In this document: positions 1-9,916 of the stretch, piece after piece | Position numbering within the stretch: position 1 is the first letter of the stretch | How the letters are laid out: the number at the start of each line of letters is the position of its first letter | Source of the DNA: an uncultured SAR86 cluster bacterium | Lineage (GTDB): Bacteria > Pseudomonadota > Gammaproteobacteria > Magnimaribacterales > D2472 | NCBI GenBank assembly: GCA_902556355.1 | Contig: CACDVW010000004.1 | Coordinates: 1-57,356, forward strand | Direction of reading: 5' to 3' | DNA: 57,356 nucleotides | The notes under the pieces: model-generated | Databases searched by the model: none | What the model was told of the DNA's origin: nothing | Seen by the model: only the letters and a program-made list of their open reading frames with translations | Program-made: the position numbers and the translations under genes

Positions 1-1
1 A

Positions 2-2215
2 GCATCAAAGAAAGAGCAAAATATTCAAGATGTACCAATGAGTGTTCAAGCAGTTGGTGCTGCCGAACTTGATAAAAAGAATATTAAGAGTCTTGAAGAT
101 ATATCTAATATTTCACCAGCTGTAACATTTAATAATGTTGGTCCAGGTAAATCTAATTTTTATATTAGAGGTGTTTCTGACGGCGCTATAATGAATAGTT
201 ATGCTTCACCTGAAGCTACTACTGCTTTATATATTGATGAGCAGCCACTTACTGCTGCAAGCTTAACACCTGATTTACATATCTATGATATTGAAAGAGT
301 TGAGGTTTTAATGGGTCCTCAAGGTACTTTGTACGGAGCAAGCTCAACGTCAGGTAATATAAAAATTATTACTAAAAAACCAGACCCGTCAGGCCTTGAT
401 CTTGGTGCAGATATTGAATATGGATCTATTACTGATGGAGATAAAGATAAGTCACTTGAAGCATTTATTAATCTACCCTTAGGCTCAAATCTTGCTGCTA
501 GAGTTAGTGCCTATGATGTTCAAGATGGTGGATGGATTGACAATAAAAAAGCATCATATTCATATCAAAATGCTCGAGGTTACACTATAGATAATTTTAC
601 AGCTCCATATGACGTAGCAAAGGATGATTACAATGATTCAAGCAAGGAAGGTTCAAGAATTAGAATTTCTACTGATTTTGAAAATGTAAATTTAGATTTA
701 TCATTTCTTAGTCAAGAGTCCTACTATAACGGATCATATGAAACTGATGTCCTGACTGATGATCAATCGCAACCAATGCCTTCTAGATCTAATACTCGTT
801 TTTCAAAGGAAAGATATGATGATGAGTTTGATCAATTTTCAGCAACCTTAAGCGGTAATCTTACTGATGATATAGAGTTTGTCTTAAATACTTCTATTTT
901 TGAAAGAGATACCGCATACACATACGATTATGCTAGTTATGTTGAATATTATTATTATGCAGCCTATGCATATTACGTTTGCAATTTATATGAATATTAC
1001 GGTTATTACTATGCAGATGTTAATGACTGCAGAGATCCTAGAATGACATATGCTCAAACTAATGATATAGAAAGAACATCTACAGAGTTAAGAATTCAAT
1101 CAAACAATGAGAGTGGTTTTAACTGGGTGTTAGGAGCATTTCAAGAAACTAATGAAAAAATTACTGATGTTGACTATATACAACCTGGAAGCTCTCATAC
1201 AAATCAAAGATGGTGGGAGGCAGACCTAGATAGAAAAGGCGATATTGATGCTATATTTGGTGAATTATATTTTGATATATCTGATAAAACATCAGCTACG
1301 TTAGGTATAAGAAAATATGATCAATCAATGAAGCTAAAAGCTGTTGACGGTTATTATGGATCCCTTAGTTATGGATTAACAGATGGTGATTTTAAATCTA
1401 ATGAAAGTGGTTCTATACCAAAAATTGCAATAAAACATAATATTTCAGATGATGTCATGATTTATGGTAGCTATAGTGAGGGTTATAGACCATCAGGTGT
1501 TAATAGGCCAAGACCTAATTCATCAGGTTTTAGTGTCCCCGAGACATATGATCCAGATTATTTAGATAGTCTTGAAATCGGGTTTAAATCTACACTTAGA
1601 GATGGAAAGCTGGTCCTAAATGGTGCTTACTACAATATGGATTGGACAGATTATCAAACTTCTACATATAACACAGATATTACATCTGTAGCTTATACAG
1701 AAAATGTTGGTAATGCCGAAATTACTGGCCTTGAATTAAATGCATTATATTCATTGAATGACACAACTAGCTTAAATTTTTATATGAATAAAATGGATCC
1801 TAAGTTATCTGAAGATTACTATTATGTATCAGGAGAGTTGGGAGCAAATTCTGGAAATAGATTAGCTAATATGCCTAAACTTTCATACTACATGTCTTTG
1901 GAGAAAGATTTGACCTTTATGGGTAAGCCAGCTTTTATAATTTTTGATTATTCATATACTGGTGATAGATATACTTCCTATGAAAATGGTGCAATTAAGC
2001 TACCTGATTATGCATTAGCAAATTTAAGAGCAGGATTTGATAATGATAATACTTCCATAGAAGTTTACATTACTAATCTTACTGATGAAGATGGATATCT
2101 TTCTAGATATGATGATTTTTCTGCTGTTGGTTCTTCAGGATATTCCGGTTTTGGTGTAAGACGAACTGGAACAAAGCCAAGAGTATTAGGTATTCGCTTG
2201 AGGTACAGATACTAA
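2..2215 (+). CDS. TonB-dependent receptor (5'-truncated by window edge)
   Basis: Frame is open from base 2 (ASKKEQNIQDVPMSV, a typical post-TonB-box segment). Plug motifs FYIRG and DIERVEVLMGPQGTLYGA; C-terminal beta-strand GIRLRYRY. Confidence 0.93.
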   Translation, partial: ASKKEQNIQDVPMSVQAVGAAELDKKNIKSLEDISNISPAVTFNNVGPGKSNFYIRGVSDGAIMNSYASPEATTALYIDEQPLTAASLTPDLHIYDIERVEVLMGPQGTLYGASSTSGNIKIITKKPDPSGLDLGADIEYGSITDGDKDKSLEAFINLPLGSNLAARVSAYDVQDGGWIDNKKASYSYQNARGYTIDNFTAPYDVAKDDYNDSSKEGSRIRISTDFENVNLDLSFLSQESYYNGSYETDVLTDDQSQPMPSRSNTRFSKERYDDEFDQFSATLSGNLTDDIEFVLNTSIFERDTAYTYDYASYVEYYYYAAYAYYVCNLYEYYGYYYADVNDCRDPRMTYAQTNDIERTSTELRIQSNNESGFNWVLGAFQETNEKITDVDYIQPGSSHTNQRWWEADLDRKGDIDAIFGELYFDISDKTSATLGIRKYDQSMKLKAVDGYYGSLSYGLTDGDFKSNESGSIPKIAIKHNISDDVMIYGSYSEGYRPSGVNRPRPNSSGFSVPETYDPDYLDSLEIGFKSTLRDGKLVLNGAYYNMDWTDYQTSTYNTDITSVAYTENVGNAEITGLELNALYSLNDTTSLNFYMNKMDPKLSEDYYYVSGELGANSGNRLANMPKLSYYMSLEKDLTFMGKPAFIIFDYSYTGDRYTSYENGAIKLPDYALANLRAGFDNDNTSIEVYITNLTDEDGYLSRYDDFSAVGSSGYSGFGVRRTGTKPRVLGIRLRYRY

Positions 2216-3087
2216 TCGTTAAGTATTTTTCTTAATACTTTTTCTAGCTGTTTAGAATCTTCAAAGAAGGGGAAGTGCCCAGTTTCATGCATAATAAATA
2301 TATCTTTATCAACTTCAAGATTATTTAAAATAACATTATCTTCATTATATCTTGCAAGCTTATCCTTATCGGAGAAGAGATATTTAACATTATCAAGTGC
2401 ATTGATTTGTTCGTCTGTTAATCTAAATGTATTACATGATTTTAAATCAATAGAGCTAATTTCTTTTTGAGTTTGATTGAAGAGCCTTTTTAAAGGGTAT
2501 AGTTTAATTTCTCTTTCTGGATCTGATTCAACTTCTTTAGTTCCATATGGAGACTTAATTTGACCTTTAGACCTTCCATAGAAACCAGAACCCTTAACAC
2601 CAAATCCCATAGATTTAATCTCTACTTCAGGAAATTTATAGACACCATATTTAGTTAAGAATTCAACAGCTTGATCAAGATTACCTTTTGCATAATCAAG
2701 TAAAAGATCACCAACAAGAAATGGATAAGTAATATTCATACATATTGTCATTTTATTTTTAATTTTAGTAGATAAATCAAGAGCTATTAGGCCTCCCCAA
2801 CTATGCCCCATTAATATTGGATCTTCTATATTCATTTCCTTTAAAAGTTCTATACAAAAATTTGTATGACTTTCTACATCTTTGAATAACGGTCCTGATG
2901 TATAACCATGTCCAGGTAAATCAAATGCAATAATATTATGATCAATCTCTATAGTATCCAAATTAAACATTGAGATTGTTCTATGATCCATTCCAGCACC
3001 AGGTATGAAAATTAAATTTTTCTTTGATGAGTCTATTTCATTTTTAATAAAAACGTGTGCTTTATGATTTTTTAATTGAATGAACAT
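2212..3087 (-). CDS. Alpha/beta-fold hydrolase
   Basis: DLPGHG motif, GHSWGG nucleophile elbow, C-terminal GHFPF catalytic His. Confidence 0.88.
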   Translation of the reverse strand: MFIQLKNHKAHVFIKNEIDSSKKNLIFIPGAGMDHRTISMFNLDTIEIDHNIIAFDLPGHGYTSGPLFKDVESHTNFCIELLKEMNIEDPILMGHSWGGLIALDLSTKIKNKMTICMNITYPFLVGDLLLDYAKGNLDQAVEFLTKYGVYKFPEVEIKSMGFGVKGSGFYGRSKGQIKSPYGTKEVESDPEREIKLYPLKRLFNQTQKEISSIDLKSCNTFRLTDEQINALDNVKYLFSDKDKLARYNEDNVILNNLEVDKDIFIMHETGHFPFFEDSKQLEKVLRKILND

Positions 3088-4567
3088 TTTTTAGAACCGA
3101 ATAAACTAATAATATATATATAAATAATAAAGGAATTGAGCATATTACCATTATCCACTTAAATGAGTCGACGCCATTTAAATACATCAATAAAGTTGGT
3201 TGAATTACTAATAATATTGCAAATAATAACCTCAATGATTTAGAGCTCTCCATTGATGATTCCCTCATTGAAGCTGATGCTAAAACATATGAGGCAGAGT
3301 CATAAGTAGTGCAAAGAAAGATGACCAATATTATTACAAAACCAATTAAAAGGTATTTTCCATAATTTAACTGTGTAATTGTTAAGATAACTAACTCTTC
3401 TCTAGAACTTATATTATTGGCAATAATACTTGGAGCATTAATAATGTCAGATTCAAAGAGAAATATTGATACATTTGTTAAAATTAACATGCTAAAAGCA
3501 CAACCCATACTACCTATAAAAATAGTACCTAATATGATTTCACGAATAGTTTTACCATTAGATATATTTACTAAAAATGTTCCTACCATAGGTGCTAATG
3601 CAAACCACCAGGCCCAATAAAATACCGTCCAATCAATACTAATATTTGTGCCTGTTGTTAAGCTAAGGTTGTAATATTCACCAAAGTAAAATAACAAAGT
3701 ATCAATTGAATTTATAAAAATATATTTTGTTGGCCCAAGAAAAAACACCAACAATAAAAATAATATTACAAGAATAATATTTAAATTACTAAGCCTCTTA
3801 ATACCTTTTTGTATACCAAAATAAGCACTAGTAGCAAATATAGATGCACAAATAACGATGGTTGTTATATCTGAGGTAAAAGTTCTTTCAATATTAAAAA
3901 TTGTTGATATTGCAGATGAAATTAATGGAAAAGAAAGACCCAATCCAACTCCAGCAGCGCATATTATCGAACCTATAAAGATTACATCTAACAACAACTT
4001 TAAGAATTTATTATTTATATTAAGAATTCCTGAAAATGTTAATGATGAGTTTGAGTTTTTTGATAGAGATAAGGCAAATGCCACAACTGGTAAGCAATAT
4101 ATACTCCATGCAGTTGGACCCCAGTGAAATACTGGGTATGTTCTTGAATAAATCAATGAGTCTGAACGATTATAATTATCATCTAGAGATAAAATATTAT
4201 AATATTCAATCCATTCAATCGTAGACCAATATAGTAAAGTTGCTCCTATTCCTGCAGCAAAAAGCATAGAGGACCATGATGTAATAGAATATTCTTTCTT
4301 ATTTTTTATATTAATAGTAATTGAGCCATAGTTTGATATTGCTAAAAAAATTAAAAACAAAAATAAACAAAAACTTCCATATAAATATACAGATTCAAAT
4401 CTAGTGGACAGATTTATATAAATCTCAGAGAGAATAGACGAAGTTTTTACAGGATCTTGTAATACAAAAAATGACAACAATCCAGATAATAAAATAGTTA
4501 TACTTATAACTGATAAATTCCAGTTAGGATTAGTAAATTTCTTAAATGTCTGATTTAAATAATACAA
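3062..4567 (-). CDS. BCCT family (betaine/choline/carnitine) transporter; start uncertain
   Basis: SWSSMLFAAGIG, FHWGPTAWSIY, GIKRLSNLN and WTVFYWAWWF BCCT signatures; many TM segments. Confidence 0.9.
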   Translation of the reverse strand: MYYLNQTFKKFTNPNWNLSVISITILLSGLLSFFVLQDPVKTSSILSEIYINLSTRFESVYLYGSFCLFLFLIFLAISNYGSITINIKNKKEYSITSWSSMLFAAGIGATLLYWSTIEWIEYYNILSLDDNYNRSDSLIYSRTYPVFHWGPTAWSIYCLPVVAFALSLSKNSNSSLTFSGILNINNKFLKLLLDVIFIGSIICAAGVGLGLSFPLISSAISTIFNIERTFTSDITTIVICASIFATSAYFGIQKGIKRLSNLNIILVILFLLLVFFLGPTKYIFINSIDTLLFYFGEYYNLSLTTGTNISIDWTVFYWAWWFALAPMVGTFLVNISNGKTIREIILGTIFIGSMGCAFSMLILTNVSIFLFESDIINAPSIIANNISSREELVILTITQLNYGKYLLIGFVIILVIFLCTTYDSASYVLASASMRESSMESSKSLRLLFAILLVIQPTLLMYLNGVDSFKWIMVICSIPLLFIYILLVYSVLKNVHSIKKS

Positions 4568-6501
4568 ATTATGCTTTTAAAAATGCTATTGATTTATTTA
4601 AAGATAATAATGTAAATGAAGCACTTGAACAACTTGATGAAATTTTAAAAGTTTACCCTGAAGATAAAGATTCACTTGATTTAATTGTTTTAATTTATAT
4701 TAAAACTAACAAACCAAATGATGCTATTAAGTTTGTAAACAGATGCATTGGTTTATTTCCTGAAGATATTTCATATTTAGAAAAGAAATATAAGCTTTTG
4801 ACATTTATTGGTGATCAGAATAGTGCCTTAGATTGCTTAAAAAAACTTAATAAAATATCACCAACTATAGAATCTATAAGAGAGATATCAAATATTTATA
4901 TTGATAAAGGAGAAATAGAAAAATCCGAGGAAACAATTCAAGGTTTTTTTGAATCAAATAAATCATACTCAGAACTCTATAAGGGTATCAGGCATGTTAA
5001 GGCTGGTAGAAACAAACTTGCAGAAGAAGCTTATAAAAATGTTCTTAAAAAGGATAAAAATAATGTGGATGCACTCAGGTTATTAGGATTATTGGCTTTT
5101 AAACAAAATAATTATCCCATCGCAGAAAAACTTTTTATAAGAGGTATTCAATTAAACCCAACATTTAAATTGCTTTGGGAAAATTTAGCAAAATGTTTTC
5201 GTTTACAAAATAAATTTCAACACGCACAAAAAGCTTTTGAGAACTTATTAAAACTTGATCCAAATAATCTTGAGGCTATGGGGGCACTTGGAACAATTCA
5301 TATAAGACTTTCAAATTTTGATGAAGGTATCACGATATATCAAAATTTATTGAAACAGAATAACAAAAATCCTAGAGTTCATTTAAGTCTTGGACATGCT
5401 CAAAAGACTGTTGGTAATAGATCTGAAAGTGAGGAATCATATATTAATGCTATAAAAAACTTTCCACTATGTGGAGAGGCATATTGGAGCTTAGCAAATT
5501 TAAAAACATACAAGTTTTCTAATAAGCAAATAAAATCTATGGAATCTGCTTTAAAAGAAAATATTCACGATCTTGAAAAGATACAAATGTTATTTGCTCT
5601 TGGAAAGGCATATGAATCAAATAAAAATTTTGACATATCTTTTAAATATTATGAAGAGGGTAACTGGTTGCATAGAAAAACTCTTGATTACAATGCTCAA
5701 GTAAATTCAGATTCAATAGATAAAACAATTGAATTTTTTAATAAAAACTCTAATAAATTAAATTTTTATGGTGGCAATAAAACCAAAGATCCAATTTTTA
5801 TTTTAGGGTTACCTAGAGCTGGCTCAACATTAATTGAACAAATCTTATCATCTCATTCTCTTATTGAAGGTACTCAAGAGCATCATAATATAATGACCAT
5901 TGGACGTAAGATTCGTTCTATCAATAATACTGATAACTATACTGATAGTTTATTTGAACTAAAAAACGAGGATATTCTTAAATATGGCAATAAATATATC
6001 AGTGAGACAATGTGGTCCCGAAAAGAAAAAAACTTTTTTATTGATAAAATGCCTAATAACTTCCCATACATTGGGTTAATTAAAATGATTCTTCCAAATG
6101 CAAAGATAATTGATGCTAGAAGAAATCCTCTAGATGGATGTTTTAGTTGTTTTAAGCAATTTTTTGCAAAAGGGCAGCACTTTACATATGACTTAGATGA
6201 TATTGCAAGATATTACAAAGATTATGAAAAAATAATGTTATTTTGGAATAGTATTTTTCCAGATTCGATATATAAAATAATGTACGAGGATGTAATTGAA
6301 AGTCCTGAGTCCGAAGTAAAAAAACTGCTGAATTATTTAGAATTAGATTTTGAAGAATCTTGTATGGATTTTTATAAATCAAAAAGACCAGTAAAAACTG
6401 CAAGTTCAGAACAAGTAAGACAACCTATATATAAATCAGGAGTCAACTACTGGAAAAATTATGAAGATAACTTAACTGTTTTAAAAAATCATTTCTTATG
6501 A
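4546..6501 (+). CDS. TPR-repeat protein with C-terminal sulfotransferase domain
   Basis: TPR helices, then PIFILGLPRAGSTL (5'-PAPS loop), DKMPNN, RRNPLD and TASSEQVRQP. Confidence 0.9.
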   Translation: MSDLNNTNYAFKNAIDLFKDNNVNEALEQLDEILKVYPEDKDSLDLIVLIYIKTNKPNDAIKFVNRCIGLFPEDISYLEKKYKLLTFIGDQNSALDCLKKLNKISPTIESIREISNIYIDKGEIEKSEETIQGFFESNKSYSELYKGIRHVKAGRNKLAEEAYKNVLKKDKNNVDALRLLGLLAFKQNNYPIAEKLFIRGIQLNPTFKLLWENLAKCFRLQNKFQHAQKAFENLLKLDPNNLEAMGALGTIHIRLSNFDEGITIYQNLLKQNNKNPRVHLSLGHAQKTVGNRSESEESYINAIKNFPLCGEAYWSLANLKTYKFSNKQIKSMESALKENIHDLEKIQMLFALGKAYESNKNFDISFKYYEEGNWLHRKTLDYNAQVNSDSIDKTIEFFNKNSNKLNFYGGNKTKDPIFILGLPRAGSTLIEQILSSHSLIEGTQEHHNIMTIGRKIRSINNTDNYTDSLFELKNEDILKYGNKYISETMWSRKEKNFFIDKMPNNFPYIGLIKMILPNAKIIDARRNPLDGCFSCFKQFFAKGQHFTYDLDDIARYYKDYEKIMLFWNSIFPDSIYKIMYEDVIESPESEVKKLLNYLELDFEESCMDFYKSKRPVKTASSEQVRQPIYKSGVNYWKNYEDNLTVLKNHFL

Positions 6502-7181
6502 TTATTAATGATAAATTCAAATATCCAATTTTGGAGAGGGTAGATACTGACATAGGTAGACATTATTTAGATTCAAACAATAAACCAGTCCCAAGCGTTA
6601 CAACTATTTTGTCAGGTACATCAAAATCAAAAGATGGTCTCATGCAATGGAGAATTAGAGTTGGTGAAGAGGAGGCTGAAAGAATAATCAAACAAAGTAC
6701 CGATATAGGTACAGCTGTTCATGAAGCCATTGAAAATTATTTAAATGGAAAATCTTGGGATAATTTTGAAGAAACATATGATCAGTTATTAGCTAAAAAA
6801 ATGTCGAATAAATTTATTAAAGATGGCCTTAAAGGTATTACTGATATCTGGGGTCTTGAAGTCGGCTTAGTACTTGATAATTTATATGCAGGTACGGCTG
6901 ATTGTGTTGGTGAATATGAGGGAATTCCAACTCTAATAGATTTTAAAACTGCAAAAAAGATTAAAAAAAGAGAATGGATTGAAGACTATTTTTTACAAGG
7001 CTGCGCATATGCAAATGCACATAATGTAATGTTTGGAACAAAGATCGAACAAATAGTTATATTAATGGTAGATAGAAACGCCATCTTTCAAGAATTTATT
7101 GTAAGACCAACAGAGTTCAACTTTCTTACAAGAAAATGGAAAAATAGATTAATCGAATTTAATAATAAGTATAATGTTTAA
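6498..7181 (+). CDS. PD-(D/E)XK exonuclease (phage exonuclease/MGME1-like)
   Basis: PSVTTIL, GTAVH, YAGTADC, IDFKT and YFLQGCAYA motifs; ATGA overlap with the upstream gene. Confidence 0.82.
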   Translation: MIINDKFKYPILERVDTDIGRHYLDSNNKPVPSVTTILSGTSKSKDGLMQWRIRVGEEEAERIIKQSTDIGTAVHEAIENYLNGKSWDNFEETYDQLLAKKMSNKFIKDGLKGITDIWGLEVGLVLDNLYAGTADCVGEYEGIPTLIDFKTAKKIKKREWIEDYFLQGCAYANAHNVMFGTKIEQIVILMVDRNAIFQEFIVRPTEFNFLTRKWKNRLIEFNNKYNV

Positions 7182-7204
7182 CTTTTAAACATACATATTT
7201 AAAA

Positions 7205-8098
7205 ATGAAGCCATTAATTTTAGATTCAGCATTAGGTACAGAATTAGAAAATAGGGGTGAGTATCTTCCAAGTTTTAAAACATCTATATGGTCTGCATAT
7301 TCACTTATTCATAATCCAGAAATAATAAAGCAGATTCATATAGATAATATTGAAGCTGGTGCAGATGTTATAACAACGTCAAATTATCAAGCAACTCCAG
7401 AATTATTAAAAAGAGAACCAACAGCTCCACCATACGAAGATTTGGCAAAGCGCTCTCTTGAGCTATGTAAAGAAGCAGTTATAAAGACTGGCTCTGATAC
7501 TATAATTGCAGGCTGCTATCCACCAATACATGTAACATTTAGACCAGATTTAAGTTCAAAAGAAAAAACACTTAGAAAATTTTATGAAACTTTAGGTTCC
7601 ATATATAACAATGAGGTTGATGTAATTATTTGTGAAACAATGGCATCAATATACGAAGGTACAATAGCTGCCTCAACAGCAAAAAAATACTCAGATATTG
7701 TTTGGTTAAGTTGGACTACAAGAGGCAACAAGTTAAATAGACTTCCAAGTACCGAACTATTAGATTTAGCTATCGAAGAAGGACTTAAGCTAGATATAGA
7801 TTGTCAATTAGTTAACTGTGTTCATGCAGATACTGCAAGTCTCGCAATAGATAAGCTCACCAAAGAAAAAACTTTTGGTATATATGCTAACTCATCAATT
7901 TATAAAAAAAATCAACTTGAAGGTTTTGTGAGTGATTCTGATGAATGGCATTATCATAACCATCAACCTATAAAACCTGATCAATATAAAGATTTTGTTG
8001 TCCAGTGGATAGAAAAGGGTGCTTCAGTTGTTGGTGGTTGTTGTAGAACAACAACTGAACACATCAAAGAAATTAAAAAAATTGTAGATAATTTATGA
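7205..8098 (+). CDS. Homocysteine S-methyltransferase family protein
   Basis: ILDSALGTEL, AGADVITT, VNC and GGCC Zn-binding motifs. Confidence 0.9.
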   Translation: MKPLILDSALGTELENRGEYLPSFKTSIWSAYSLIHNPEIIKQIHIDNIEAGADVITTSNYQATPELLKREPTAPPYEDLAKRSLELCKEAVIKTGSDTIIAGCYPPIHVTFRPDLSSKEKTLRKFYETLGSIYNNEVDVIICETMASIYEGTIAASTAKKYSDIVWLSWTTRGNKLNRLPSTELLDLAIEEGLKLDIDCQLVNCVHADTASLAIDKLTKEKTFGIYANSSIYKKNQLEGFVSDSDEWHYHNHQPIKPDQYKDFVVQWIEKGASVVGGCCRTTTEHIKEIKKIVDNL

Positions 8099-8793
8099 AA
8101 CAAATAATTGCAATTGGTGGCGGTGGATTTGGTAGAGAAATTGGCGAACTTAAAATTGAAAAATATATAGTTAAACAATCCAACAAAACAAAACCAAAGA
8201 TTTGTTTTATTCCAACAGCTACTGGTGATGATCAGGGTTATATTGAAAATTTTTACAAAGCTTTTGATTCATTAGATTGCATAACATCACACATTGATTT
8301 TTTCAAAAGAACAATCGATCTAGAGTCACACATATTAAAACAAGACGTAATATATGTAGGCGGGGGTAATACTAAAAGTATGCTAGCTGTTTGGAGAGAA
8401 TGGGGATTAGACACGATTTTAAAAAATGCATATGAAAACAATATTATTATGAGTGGAGTCAGTGCTGGAGCAATATGTTGGTTTGAAAAAGGTATTACTG
8501 ATTCCTATAAAGACCATCAAGCAATTATTCCATGCCTTGGTTTTGTAAAAGGTATTTGTTGTCCTCATTATGATGAAGAACCAGAAAGAATACCTTATGT
8601 TAAAGAAATGTTAGAAAGTAAAAATATTGATGAGTGTATAGCTATTGAGGGATATAGCGCACTTCATTTAATCAATGATGAGGCTAGATTTTCAGTTTCT
8701 TTTAAGAATGAAACTAATACCCATCATGTAGTTTGTAATAATAATGAAATCGTGCACAATAAATTATCTAACGTAGAAAAGATATTATTATGA
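8095..8793 (+). CDS. Peptidase E / S51 family peptidase
   Basis: IAIGGGG, FIPTA, YVGGGNT, GVSAGA, CPHYD. Confidence 0.88.
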   Translation: MKQIIAIGGGGFGREIGELKIEKYIVKQSNKTKPKICFIPTATGDDQGYIENFYKAFDSLDCITSHIDFFKRTIDLESHILKQDVIYVGGGNTKSMLAVWREWGLDTILKNAYENNIIMSGVSAGAICWFEKGITDSYKDHQAIIPCLGFVKGICCPHYDEEPERIPYVKEMLESKNIDECIAIEGYSALHLINDEARFSVSFKNETNTHHVVCNNNEIVHNKLSNVEKILL

Positions 8794-9167
8794 AAATAGC
8801 GAATACATTATCAATACTTCTAACAATAGTTCTCGGTATTATTTCTGCACAATGGATTTTTTCACCCGAATCTGCAGCTCAATCTTTAAGTATGCTATAT
8901 ATGGAAGGGGATGCAAGAAATACTCAAGTTAGAGACTTTACTGCTTTTTTTCTTGGCACAACAATAATGTCTTTTCTTTCATTTGTAACTAAACAATATC
9001 AATGGATATTTAGTGCTGGACTCATTTTTTTAATTGCAGGAATTTTTAATGTACTTACAGCTGTTAATTATGAAACTGAAATAGCTGTTACATCGTTGAT
9101 CTCAGAATTAATATTTACATCTATGGCATTTACCGCAGCATATATTTACAAAGCCAATAACTTATAA
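8790..9167 (+). CDS. Small four-TM membrane protein (DUF4345-like)
   Basis: Hydrophobic helices; ARNTQVRDFTAFF resembles AQNALLRDFTSFF in 19893-20723. Confidence 0.7.
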   Translation: MKIANTLSILLTIVLGIISAQWIFSPESAAQSLSMLYMEGDARNTQVRDFTAFFLGTTIMSFLSFVTKQYQWIFSAGLIFLIAGIFNVLTAVNYETEIAVTSLISELIFTSMAFTAAYIYKANNL

Positions 9168-9713
9168 ATAACTTACAAAATCTTCAACATTTAATTCAGG
9201 TATTTTTTTGTTCGTCCCATCTGCTGTTCCTACATATATATAACCTAGAATTTCTTGATTAGCTTCAAGATTAAGTTTTGATGCTACAAAGGGATTAAAT
9301 GCCAATTTTCCAGTTCTCCAAATGGCTGAATAACCAAGAGCATTTAGTGATAATAGAATGTTTTGTGCCGAGGCTGCTGTAGATAACTTTTGTTCTATTT
9401 CAGGCACCTTAGGATGATCTTTAATTGAATTAACTAAAATAATTATCATTGGTGCCCTATATGGTGCATTTTTATACTTTGTAATTATTTCATCTTTTAT
9501 ACCAGGAACGGTTTTTGCATATTCTTCAAATATTTCTGATAGCTTATCAATTCCATCACCAGTAACTTGAATAAAGCTGCTTGGTCTTAACCAAGCATGA
9601 TCAGGTGCACGCAATGCTCCTCTAAAGACTTTATTCATTTCATCTTGAGTTGGATGAGGCTTTTTTAATGTTCTGGCTGAAACTCTATTTAATATATTGT
9701 CTAATGCATTCAT
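9162..9713 (-). CDS. Nitroreductase family protein (YdjA-like)
   Basis: RVSAR, RAPDHAWLRP, RAPMII, AAQN-like SAQNILL, IWRTG, GYIYVGT. Confidence 0.88.
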   Translation of the reverse strand: MNALDNILNRVSARTLKKPHPTQDEMNKVFRGALRAPDHAWLRPSSFIQVTGDGIDKLSEIFEEYAKTVPGIKDEIITKYKNAPYRAPMIIILVNSIKDHPKVPEIEQKLSTAASAQNILLSLNALGYSAIWRTGKLAFNPFVASKLNLEANQEILGYIYVGTADGTNKKIPELNVEDFVSYL

Positions 9714-9760
9714 ATGTAGTTATATTATAAAGACTTAATAATTATATATAGGAAACTCAT

Positions 9761-9916
9761 ATGTTATATCAAATTGGTTTAATTTTAATACTAGTTGTCA
9801 TCGCCTTAATTATTGGAAAAAAATTAAAAAAGACTAACAATTCTAATGAAAAATTAGTTTTCGAAGATGATATGACTGAGGAAGAACTTAAAAAATTAGA
9901 CGATGATATAAATTAA
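9761..9916 (+). CDS. 51-aa single-pass membrane protein (not in ORF track)
   Basis: MLYQIGLILILVVIALIIGKKLKK...EDDMTEEELKKLDDDIN; AGGA RBS at 9750-9753; fills the gap and overlaps the convergent stop by 4 nt. Confidence 0.7.
   Translation: MLYQIGLILILVVIALIIGKKLKKTNNSNEKLVFEDDMTEEELKKLDDDIN

Noticed and set aside
6498-7181. Cas4 / CRISPR system
   Set aside because: No repeat-spacer array or other cas genes are visible, and the Cas4 four-Cys cluster pattern is absent.
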